Shown here one piece after another: positions 39,861 through 48,129 of a stretch of 64,000 nucleotides of DNA. Below the pieces are notes generated by a model. That model worked only from the letters and a program-made list of their open reading frames with translations, was not told where the DNA came from and did not search any database. The translations under genes and the position numbers were made by a program. Source of the stretch: Candidatus Poribacteria bacterium (GTDB lineage Bacteria; Poribacteria; WGA-4E; WGA-3G); assembly GCA_965198235.1 (NCBI GenBank), contig OZ240248.1, positions 4,736,001 through 4,800,000 on the forward strand, read 5' to 3'. Numbering within the stretch: position 1 is the stretch's first letter; each line of letters begins with the position of its first letter.

Positions 39861-40050
39861 ATATCAACGTGAATCCGAATTTTTGTCTCTTTTATATAGA
39901 ACTCACGTTAATATAAGAAGACTAAATCCTGAATTTTGATTGCTCTGTGGCATAGAAAATGCTATTATCTTATTTTAACGTGTCGTAGTCTTTAGTCTAT
40001 TTACTTCGGAATTTGCTTCGTTTTTTTAGAGGAGGGTCCTGTACGAAAAA

Positions 40051-41097
40051 ATGGCAGTTTCAACAATTGAGTGGGTGGATGGCAGAATTCGGATGATTGA
40101 TCAGACGCTGCTGCCCAACGAATTCAAGCAGATTTATTGCGATGATCTCCCGACGGTCTGGGAAGCCATTAAATCCCTGCGTGTACGTGGCGCACCTGCG
40201 ATCGGTATCGCTGGTGCTTTGGGCGCAGTGATCGGAATATGGAATTCCACTGCGAAAACCTATGACGCTTTTGCCACCGAACTTAAATCCGCTACCGATT
40301 ATTTGGCAACATCGCGTCCCACAGCCGTGAATCTCTTTTGGGCACTGGATAGAATTACCCGAACAGCGCAAGAGAACAGCCATCTTCAGATCTCTGAACT
40401 CAAAGAGGTGCTACTTGCTGAGGCTTTGGAGATTATTGATGAGGATAAAGCGATGTGCCGTGCCATTGGGCAGCATGGTATGGCGTTACTAAACGAAAAC
40501 GACACTATTTTGACGCATTGCAACGCTGGAGGGTTAGCGACATCCGACTATGGCACGGCGTTAGCTGTCATGTTCAGTGCCCACAAAGCCGGTAAGAAGA
40601 TCCAAGTCTACGCTGATGAGACGCGCCCTCTTCTACAAGGCGCACGTCTCACCACTTGGGAACTCATGCAAGCGGGCATTGATGTGACGCTTATCTGTGA
40701 TAATATGGCCGCGCAGGTCATGAAAGAGGGTAAGATCCAATGCGTTATTGTGGGTGCCGACCGAATTGCTGCAAACGGCGACACTGCAAACAAGATCGGC
40801 ACCTATAATGTCGCTATCCTCGCAGAGGCACACGGCCTCCCCTTTTATGTCGCCGCACCGACTTCAACCTTAGACTTCGCCCTTGAAACCGGGGCAGAAA
40901 TTCCTATTGAACAACGGGCGGCGGAAGAAGTGACAGAAGGTTTCGGAAAACTAACTGCTCCTAAAGGTGTCAAAGTCTATAGTCCTGCGTTTGATGTCAC
41001 GCCCGCGGCGTTAGTCACAGCGATCATTACTGAGAAAGGCGTGGCGCGTGCCCCTTACACAGAGAGTCTGAAGGCTTTGAGAGACGCCCAAGTGTAA
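40051..41097 (+). CDS. mtnA: S-methyl-5-thioribose-1-phosphate isomerase
   Basis: VRGAPAIG, SRPTAVNL, THCNAG, DETRPLLQGARLT, GDTANKIGTY. Confidence 0.95.
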   Translation: MAVSTIEWVDGRIRMIDQTLLPNEFKQIYCDDLPTVWEAIKSLRVRGAPAIGIAGALGAVIGIWNSTAKTYDAFATELKSATDYLATSRPTAVNLFWALDRITRTAQENSHLQISELKEVLLAEALEIIDEDKAMCRAIGQHGMALLNENDTILTHCNAGGLATSDYGTALAVMFSAHKAGKKIQVYADETRPLLQGARLTTWELMQAGIDVTLICDNMAAQVMKEGKIQCVIVGADRIAANGDTANKIGTYNVAILAEAHGLPFYVAAPTSTLDFALETGAEIPIEQRAAEEVTEGFGKLTAPKGVKVYSPAFDVTPAALVTAIITEKGVARAPYTESLKALRDAQV

Positions 41098-41106
41098 ACC
41101 TTCAAG

Positions 41107-42396
41107 TTATGCGGCTTTCGCAATGTTCGAGCGGGTGCCACTTATATCGAAGCAAGCGTACTGGTTCGTATTCATAATCCGGGTTGCAAACGCCATTGCC
41201 TGTTTTTCCGTGAGGTAACCGTCCGCGATCTCGGCTTCAAGGGCGCGTCGAATTTCGTTTCTCGCTTGAATCGCATACGCCATGGCACTGGTCGGCCACC
41301 CTGTATCGCCGCCGAAAGCGAACAATTTATTTGACGGAACAGCATGGATGCACCGGCGGAGGAAATCACGCGAACTATACGGATCGATGCTCCACGCCCA
41401 GCAGAAGTCAACCCAAATATTACGATAATGCTTGGCGAGTGCGACGAGTTCATCGTTATAAGGGTAGGCGATGTGCATCAATACAAACTTCGCGTCGAGA
41501 TACTGAGCGAAAAGGGCACACATGTTGCCCGCAGGGATACGTCGCACCGGCATCCGATCATTGCCTGCATAATAACCGGTGTGAATTTTGAAAGGGAGAT
41601 TGTGTTCAATCGTGAGTTCAACGCCTCGCGCCCAGCACCAATCGCCGAGGCAGAGCCGCGTCGCTTCGTCAACCTCTGCGGCAGGTTTTGTGAGCACAGC
41701 ATTCAGGGCAGTAGAAGCCTCAGCATCGCTCCTTTCGCTCCAGTTGAGTGTGCGATTGTAAGCGTGTTGTGATTTTACAGCGATAGCACAAGGGGCGTGC
41801 TTGGCGAAAATCGCCGCCATAGCGGACTTGAGGGAAGCGAGGTCGTTGACTTCAACACCTGTCTCGGCGTGGATAGCACTTGGATCAACCTGTCCGTTAC
41901 AGAATGTTGCCCATGAGAGATCGTAGAGAAAAAAATCCGGACCGGATGTGTCTGGTGTGCACTGCCAACTGAAATCATCTGTTTGAATGTGATCGAGGTT
42001 TGCGATGTCGTGTAAAATGTGATAACGTTTGCCGGGAGTGCGAAGCGTCTTTAGGTTATGGGCACCCGCGAGTCCATCGCCTGTCAGTTCGTCAAGTCCG
42101 TAGATGTGTTTTGCGATGAGACTGACTGCTTCGCCGTATCCAGTAAATTGTGTCGCTTCCCACGCGTCTCGGATACCTTCAAACCGTGATGCAATGTCTT
42201 GAGAAGCGTCCATCAGGTTGCGCATCGCTTCTGGGGAGGCACCGGCTGTTACCAGGTCGGCAGGGACGTAGTTTCCGAATAGATCTTGGAGGATATCGGG
42301 TCCATTCTCAACCCATTCGGCTTCGCGCTTCATGTGTTCGTGCGTGTCAACAAGGCGAATAGATTGAATGTGATGTGTCAAATCGGTGGTTTCCAT
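41107..42396 (-). CDS. Amidohydrolase family protein
   Basis: DTHEH, IHTG, LMH and GGD metal-ligand motifs. Confidence 0.85.
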   Translation of the reverse strand: METTDLTHHIQSIRLVDTHEHMKREAEWVENGPDILQDLFGNYVPADLVTAGASPEAMRNLMDASQDIASRFEGIRDAWEATQFTGYGEAVSLIAKHIYGLDELTGDGLAGAHNLKTLRTPGKRYHILHDIANLDHIQTDDFSWQCTPDTSGPDFFLYDLSWATFCNGQVDPSAIHAETGVEVNDLASLKSAMAAIFAKHAPCAIAVKSQHAYNRTLNWSERSDAEASTALNAVLTKPAAEVDEATRLCLGDWCWARGVELTIEHNLPFKIHTGYYAGNDRMPVRRIPAGNMCALFAQYLDAKFVLMHIAYPYNDELVALAKHYRNIWVDFCWAWSIDPYSSRDFLRRCIHAVPSNKLFAFGGDTGWPTSAMAYAIQARNEIRRALEAEIADGYLTEKQAMAFATRIMNTNQYACFDISGTRSNIAKAA

Positions 42397-42451
42397 GCAA
42401 AGTCTCCTTTAAAAACTGAGTATAGACTGTCCATAGTCTCATACTTGATAC

Positions 42452-42480
42452 TTGACAAATACGTTGAATTATGATTTAAT
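42452..42480 (+). promoter_or_regulatory. Sigma70 promoter ~360 nt upstream of the CSD-Hfq gene
   Basis: TTGACA-N17-TTTAAT with TG extension. Confidence 0.55.
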
Positions 42481-42558
42481 AGATAATGTCTTGGCAATTT
42501 ACCTCTCTTTTCAGTGTTGTAGGACGGAGTTGGTTCCGAAAAAGATGAGGTCTGCTCT

Positions 42559-42588
42559 ATTGTATAAAGGGTAGCGTTGTTGTGTCAA
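42559..42588 (-). promoter_or_regulatory. Sigma70 promoter for the amidohydrolase gene
   Basis: TTGACA-N18-TACAAT on the minus strand. Confidence 0.5.
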
Positions 42589-42841
42589 GAAAAACCGCAA
42601 ATTCGGTAGAGCCTATTGATGTTGGGCTTTCCGCTGCTTTTAAGCAGTGCGTCATAACCTGACGGTTGCCTCATATACTATGAAGTACACGATTTCGCGC
42701 GCCAACTTACGATACAGATTAACGGCTCTGGCAAGTTCGGGAGAGTCCCTCGCAGGCTCCCCGTATGGAAAAGGAATGCTCGCGCAGGAACGCGAATGGT
42801 TAACGTCACCTTCCTGAAAAGGGACAAGACCGCAGGAGCAT

Positions 42842-43804
42842 ATGATGCCTACAGGACGGATTAAGTACTACAATTTCGATAAAGGCTTCGGATTTATTGC
42901 GCAAGATAGTAGTGATGCGGATGTCTTCTTACATAGTTCTGCTATTAAGCAGCCCGAATACGAAGAACTCCGTGTCGGACAGCGCGTAAAGTACAGCATT
43001 ATTGAAGGTGAGAAAGGGCTCGTTGCCCAAAACGTCGAAGTATTGTTGACACCGACGGAACGCCGATGGCTACGGCAAGGAAAGGCAATTATTCCGAGAG
43101 GTTACGCTGGCTTTCCGGGTCAGGGTCAGGGCCAATTTATCAGTGATGAGGCAATGCCTGCCTCTAATTATGGTGCCGACAAATCAAAGCCGATTCGGAA
43201 TCGCCGTGACCATGATACATCTGTAGCACCTTCGGGCCCGACAGCAAAACCAGCACGCAATCAACGTCACTCGGCGACGGATTTTAACGATTCCGCAGCA
43301 CCAACACAAGAGGCACAAGACCCGTCTTCAAAGCAACTCAGTTTTGGTGATCTTTATATCCTTAAGCAGATTAATTTTGAAACATCCATGTTTTTTGCGT
43401 TGTATACTCACGTACAACTGCCTGCTACCGTCCTTGAAATGACGCTCTCCAGTTTGACACTCAATAGTAATGAGGGCGAGCAGCAGATCGCTAAAACGGA
43501 TGTTAAATACTGTTATAAAGACATTGATGCAGAGAAAGTTCAAGCATCCGTTGATATCGATGATGCTGTGAAGGCGCAGCAGTTGACACAACTAACCGCT
43601 GATGTGCAAGCCCCAGAGATTGATACCGAAGCCGTTCAGCACGCCCGAAAAAATGGAACCTCGATTGAGGTTATACTCCGTGAGGGAGAGATCTTTCGTG
43701 GCGTTATAGACTGGGTCAGTCCTTATGAGATTAAGCTCATTTTAGATAACGGCTCAAAGGTTGTTATCTTCCGGCATGCTGTGTACAGCCTTGCCATAGA
43801 TTAG
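42842..43804 (+). CDS. Cold-shock domain protein fused to Hfq/Sm-like domain(s)
   Basis: KGFGFI (RNP1) and VFLH (RNP2); C-terminus IEVILREGEIFRGVIDWVSPYEIKL...VVIFRHAVYSL aligns with Hfq Sm1/Sm2 (YKHAISTV). Confidence 0.8.
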   Translation: MMPTGRIKYYNFDKGFGFIAQDSSDADVFLHSSAIKQPEYEELRVGQRVKYSIIEGEKGLVAQNVEVLLTPTERRWLRQGKAIIPRGYAGFPGQGQGQFISDEAMPASNYGADKSKPIRNRRDHDTSVAPSGPTAKPARNQRHSATDFNDSAAPTQEAQDPSSKQLSFGDLYILKQINFETSMFFALYTHVQLPATVLEMTLSSLTLNSNEGEQQIAKTDVKYCYKDIDAEKVQASVDIDDAVKAQQLTQLTADVQAPEIDTEAVQHARKNGTSIEVILREGEIFRGVIDWVSPYEIKLILDNGSKVVIFRHAVYSLAID

Positions 43805-43812
43805 GTGCGACC

Positions 43813-44382
43813 ATGAAAGCGTATCACGAACTCCTTGATGAGATTCAGCGCGATGTCGAACGTTTGCGTGAAGAATCGGGGGGTGTGCCGTGCCCATCTA
43901 ACTGCTTTTCCTGCTGCCGAAACACCGCAACTATGGCGATAAGTGAGGTCGAGGCTCGCGACTTAAAGGTCGGATTGGAAGCACTTCCTGTTGAAATCCG
44001 ATCACATATTCGTCGGAAAGCGGAACAGAGCATCAGAAAATTGGAGACGCACGGCTATGACGCTGAAAATATAATGCCGGATGCTGGCATGGAAGCCATT
44101 GGGGTCATAAAAGGCACACCCGAAGGCGAATGCCCTATGCTAATCGGTGGAGTCTGTAGTGTTTACGAACACCGTCCGGTCATCTGCCGTGTCTGGGGAT
44201 ATCCGATTCATAGTGGCAACGAATTAGCCTGTTGTCACAAAACTTTCATTGGGAAACGTCGCCGCTTCCGCCCGCTCAGTTACGATCACTATTGGAAAGT
44301 GTGTCAGGACCTTAGCACAGAGTTAGGTGCAACTCGGAAGACCCCCAACTGCTATCTCGTCTCGCGATTGTTATCGGGATAA
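43813..44382 (+). CDS. YkgJ family cysteine-cluster protein
   Basis: CPSNCFSCC; CPML...CSVYEHRPVICR. Confidence 0.85.
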   Translation: MKAYHELLDEIQRDVERLREESGGVPCPSNCFSCCRNTATMAISEVEARDLKVGLEALPVEIRSHIRRKAEQSIRKLETHGYDAENIMPDAGMEAIGVIKGTPEGECPMLIGGVCSVYEHRPVICRVWGYPIHSGNELACCHKTFIGKRRRFRPLSYDHYWKVCQDLSTELGATRKTPNCYLVSRLLSG

Positions 44383-44466
44383 CGCAAAACATGGCTTTTA
44401 CACTTCTCTCGTTGGTGAGGTCTTGACTTCACCTTTTTTAAATTCACAACACGCCTGAAATAAAGC

Positions 44467-44784
44467 CTAAATTTCAGGTCCGCTTTCACTCAACTCACGC
44501 AAAAACTCAAACGTATAAATTCCGGTACGATGTCCATCGTTCCATACCAATCTCACGGCGTAGTGTCCGACGCGCTGAATGTCCACAAGTTGTAGGTTTT
44601 CAAAAAAATTGTCAGAGGGTAGGATGTGAAAAGGATCTTTTCCTAATCGCGTGGCATCACAACGGGCACAAGGGCATTTTTGTCGGAGGGTGCGGTAGGA
44701 CAACTCGCTGTGATGTGAATCTTTCCATTGGATTTCCAAACTCGCACTGCTTCTTTCAATACGAGTCGGTTGGAATTTCTGCAT
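44467..44784 (-). CDS. DUF971 / GBBH-like N-terminal domain protein
   Basis: LRQKCPCARC; VGHYAVRLVWNDGHRTGIYTFEFL. Confidence 0.9.
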   Translation of the reverse strand: MQKFQPTRIERSSASLEIQWKDSHHSELSYRTLRQKCPCARCDATRLGKDPFHILPSDNFFENLQLVDIQRVGHYAVRLVWNDGHRTGIYTFEFLRELSESGPEI

Positions 44785-44817
44785 GATGACTTCTCAAAAA
44801 GGATGCTTTCTGTTTAG

Positions 44818-44874
44818 AAAAAAACGGTTGCTAATTTGTGCGACCGAAGGCAGTCTCGCAAATCAGCAACCGTT
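44818..44874 (-). terminator. Intrinsic terminator downstream of the ferredoxin gene
   Basis: AACGGTTGCT...AGCAACCGTT stem with a U-tract on the minus strand. Confidence 0.6.
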
Positions 44875-44911
44875 CAATAAGTTGCGATTGAAGGATTATT
44901 CTTACTATCCG

Positions 44912-45169
44912 TTATTCAAAGTACTCCGCATTGATCTCAATGAACTCTTCCCATTCTTCGGGAACATCTTCTTCCATGAAGATGGCTTCGACGGGGCATT
45001 CGGGTTCACATACACCACAATCGATGCACTCTTCCGGGTCGATGTAGAGTTGATTGACTTCTTCAAACTCATCGGCATCGGGTAGGGGGTGAATGCAGTC
45101 CACTGGGCATACATCAACGCATGAACTGTCCTTAAGATCGATACATGGTTCACAAATCACATACGTCAT
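44912..45169 (-). CDS. Ferredoxin (FdxA-like)
   Basis: CVDVCPVDCI and CIDCGVCEPECP. Confidence 0.93.
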   Translation of the reverse strand: MTYVICEPCIDLKDSSCVDVCPVDCIHPLPDADEFEEVNQLYIDPEECIDCGVCEPECPVEAIFMEEDVPEEWEEFIEINAEYFE

Positions 45170-45342
45170 GTTAGAAAACTCCTTTCCACTTGATTTACAA
45201 TAAGAGCCTCCATATCACACGGGGTGTAACTCCACTTAACGGACGAGGTTAGTCCCTATTTTGATGAAGGCGTTACAAAAATATCGTCGTATGTGGCATT
45301 TTTTTTACATTGTCTGCTGAGTTGCAATCAGGGGACAGTATA

Positions 45343-45473
45343 ATAATACCACATGCAATTTGTTTTGTCAAGTTATATTTGCAACAACACAGAAACATTC
45401 AGTTTTCAGCAAACAGCAGTCAGTAATGTCAGTATAGAAAAAAATTGACAATTCTAAATTTTTGTGGTAATAT
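45343..45473. promoter_or_regulatory. Divergent sigma70 promoters for ferredoxin and recJ
   Basis: Minus: TTGACA-N17-TATTAT (45371-45343); plus: TTGACA-N17-TAATAT (45445-45473). Confidence 0.65.
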
Positions 45474-45552
45474 ATCCATAGTCGAAAAGGTGTTGCTTGC
45501 AAGCCCTGTATTGCAAAGCGCGGGTTTTCCATCTTAACAATAAAGGTGCGTT

Positions 45553-48129
45553 ATGAGAAAACCTTCTCACAAAAAGTGGCGATTTGGAAATTCGGATTTT
45601 GATAGCAGTTTAGTATTGGCATCCGAAGTAGGTATCTCTCCGTTTGCTGCACAACTGCTCATCAATCGAGGGATAAAAGCTGCTGCTGAAGCACGATCCT
45701 ACCTTTACCCAACTCTTGATGAACTGCACTCTCCTTTTAAATTAGCAGGTATGGATAAAGCTGTAGAACGGATACACAAGGCGATCTCTCGCGGTGAGAA
45801 AATCTGTATCTATGGCGATTATGACACTGATGGCACTACCGCGACGGCATTACTACTCAACACATTCCGCCAGATGGGTGTCCTCGTTGACTACTATATC
45901 CCGAATCGGTTTGGAGAAGGTTACGGGTTAAGCGAGGCCACTGTAGAAAAGATCCACCAGAAAAACAAAGCGAAGTTACTTATTACTGTAGACTGTGGTA
46001 TCACCTCGGTTAAAGAGGTCGCGTTGGCGAATAAACTCGGCATGGATGTTATTGTCACGGATCACCACCAGCCAGAGGAAGAACAGCCACCAGCATACGC
46101 CCTGATTTCACCTAAGATTTCGGGGAATGAATACCCTTACACCGAACTCGCAGGTGTCGGTTTAGCCTTCAAATTAGCACAAGGGTTAATTGACGATAAA
46201 GCATTTCTTGAGTCGCTTCTTGATTTGGTGGCGTTGGGTACCGTCGTAGATATGGCATCGCTGACTGGAGAGAATCGCATTTTGAGCCGCTTGGGATTAG
46301 CAGAACTTGACAAACGCGAACGGCCCGGGGTTCATGCTTTGTGCGAAGCAGCCGGTCACAAAATTGACACACCGCTTGATGGATACGCTCTCTCTTTTAA
46401 GTTGGGACCCCGTATCAATGCCGCTGGACGGATGGACACCGCACACAAAGTGGTCGATCTTTTCACCACCGATTCCGAGGATGTCGCAACTCGGATTGCC
46501 TCTGAACTCAATCAGGCAAATCAGAGGCGACAAGAGTTGGAAAAACAGATTCAAGACCAAGCATTGGAGATAATTGAAAAGGAGATAGATGATGATACCG
46601 TGGGGATTGTTGCTGCCAGCGACAAGTGGAACGAAAAAGCACAAGGGGTGGTCGGTATCGTTGCCGCCCGTTTGATGCAAACCTTCTACAAGCCTGCCGT
46701 TGTCCTTGCAATTGACGGCGATGAGGCTACTGGATCTGGACGTTGTATCGAAGGCATGAACCTTGCTAATAGTTTTGTCGCCTGTACCGAATTGCTTGTG
46801 AAACACGGTGGACACGCAGCAGCGGCAGGGTTAACGCTCAAAACTAAAAATATTCCCAAATTCAGGAAGGCTTTCAACGAATACGCCTGTGAGCATCTGA
46901 CAGAGGAAGCATTGCAACCGAAACTCGACCTTGAGTTTGAAACGCGTTTCTCACTTTTGACGTTAGAGACGCTAAAAGAGCTTGAGCAATTTGAACCCTT
47001 TGGAAAGGATAATCCATCACCGCATTTTGGTACACGACGCGTCAAAGTTAATGGTGTACCCACCCAAATGGGAAAAGAGAAAAACCACCTGCGAATGTTT
47101 GTGAGCGATGGCACAGTGAAACGACGCGCGATTGACTGGGGAGCAGGTGACAAACTTATCACTTTCAGACGCCCCAATATGTCACTCAATATCGCCTTTT
47201 CACCGCAAATCAACGAATGGCAAGGGACCCGTTCCGTACAACTTATTCTTGAAGATTGGGAGATCCACTCCGAAGGCAGAGACATGAACTGGGATGTATT
47301 TCCTAAACTCAGTGATGAATCTTCTGTGAAGCTTGTTGACAAACGGAATGTTAATAAAAAGAATTATCTTTTAAACTTGCTTGCGCGGGAGGAATCTTGT
47401 ATAATTTATGTACGAGACGCAGAGATGTTAGATCTCCTGCTCACAAAGCTCTTACCGGAGAACATTGAGGGGATTGCACGGCACAATGAAACGACATCAG
47501 AGGCAGAAGAAATAGCGTTATTGAAACAATTGGAAACTGGTGAGCTGCGGACACTCGCGTCGAGTAGCACTTTTTCAGGTCTGGAAGCGTTTCCTTTTGT
47601 TAAACACGTTGTTTTTTGCCATCTCGCACCGAGCCAAGACCTTTTTTTCAAACGGTGTGAATCTGCTTTTGCGACTACCGAGACCTCCTATCTGCATTTC
47701 ATCTATAGCGATACAGATGAAGCAGAGATGCACAATTGGATATCTAAAAAATATCCTACGGGTGACGAGTTGCGGCGACTTTACGGAAACATACGAGCGG
47801 TTATACAATCCAATGGCACAGAGGGATACCCTGAAGCAGAGATACTCAAGGGTGGATTGGGGATCCTGTCAGCAGTTCAAACTGGACTCACTATTTTTGA
47901 GGAATTGCAGTTCATTGAGCGGCGTGGGCAACCGGGCAGTAAACTCGTAAAATTCCTATCGGGTCAGAAAAGTGATTTGTCTCGTTCGCCGACCTATCTG
48001 AGAGGGGAATGGATTAAGCAGACGAGTCCTTCTTTTATAGAGTTTCAATTAAGAGAAAACATCGAATCTATGTGGGAGCGCATAGAACATGAGTATCAAA
48101 TCCTTAGTGAACCAAATTCAAGCATATAA
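45553..48129 (+). CDS. recJ: Single-stranded-DNA exonuclease RecJ with long C-terminal extension
   Basis: YGDYDTDG, TVDCG, TDHH, PRINAAGR, GGHAAAAG, EPFGKDNP. Confidence 0.93.
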   Translation: MRKPSHKKWRFGNSDFDSSLVLASEVGISPFAAQLLINRGIKAAAEARSYLYPTLDELHSPFKLAGMDKAVERIHKAISRGEKICIYGDYDTDGTTATALLLNTFRQMGVLVDYYIPNRFGEGYGLSEATVEKIHQKNKAKLLITVDCGITSVKEVALANKLGMDVIVTDHHQPEEEQPPAYALISPKISGNEYPYTELAGVGLAFKLAQGLIDDKAFLESLLDLVALGTVVDMASLTGENRILSRLGLAELDKRERPGVHALCEAAGHKIDTPLDGYALSFKLGPRINAAGRMDTAHKVVDLFTTDSEDVATRIASELNQANQRRQELEKQIQDQALEIIEKEIDDDTVGIVAASDKWNEKAQGVVGIVAARLMQTFYKPAVVLAIDGDEATGSGRCIEGMNLANSFVACTELLVKHGGHAAAAGLTLKTKNIPKFRKAFNEYACEHLTEEALQPKLDLEFETRFSLLTLETLKELEQFEPFGKDNPSPHFGTRRVKVNGVPTQMGKEKNHLRMFVSDGTVKRRAIDWGAGDKLITFRRPNMSLNIAFSPQINEWQGTRSVQLILEDWEIHSEGRDMNWDVFPKLSDESSVKLVDKRNVNKKNYLLNLLAREESCIIYVRDAEMLDLLLTKLLPENIEGIARHNETTSEAEEIALLKQLETGELRTLASSSTFSGLEAFPFVKHVVFCHLAPSQDLFFKRCESAFATTETSYLHFIYSDTDEAEMHNWISKKYPTGDELRRLYGNIRAVIQSNGTEGYPEAEILKGGLGILSAVQTGLTIFEELQFIERRGQPGSKLVKFLSGQKSDLSRSPTYLRGEWIKQTSPSFIEFQLRENIESMWERIEHEYQILSEPNSSI

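Noticed and set aside
39860-40050. SAM riboswitch upstream of mtnA (and any T-box/SAM element upstream of metG)
   Set aside because: No SAM-I or T-box consensus seen; the metG promoter is only ~50 nt from its ATG
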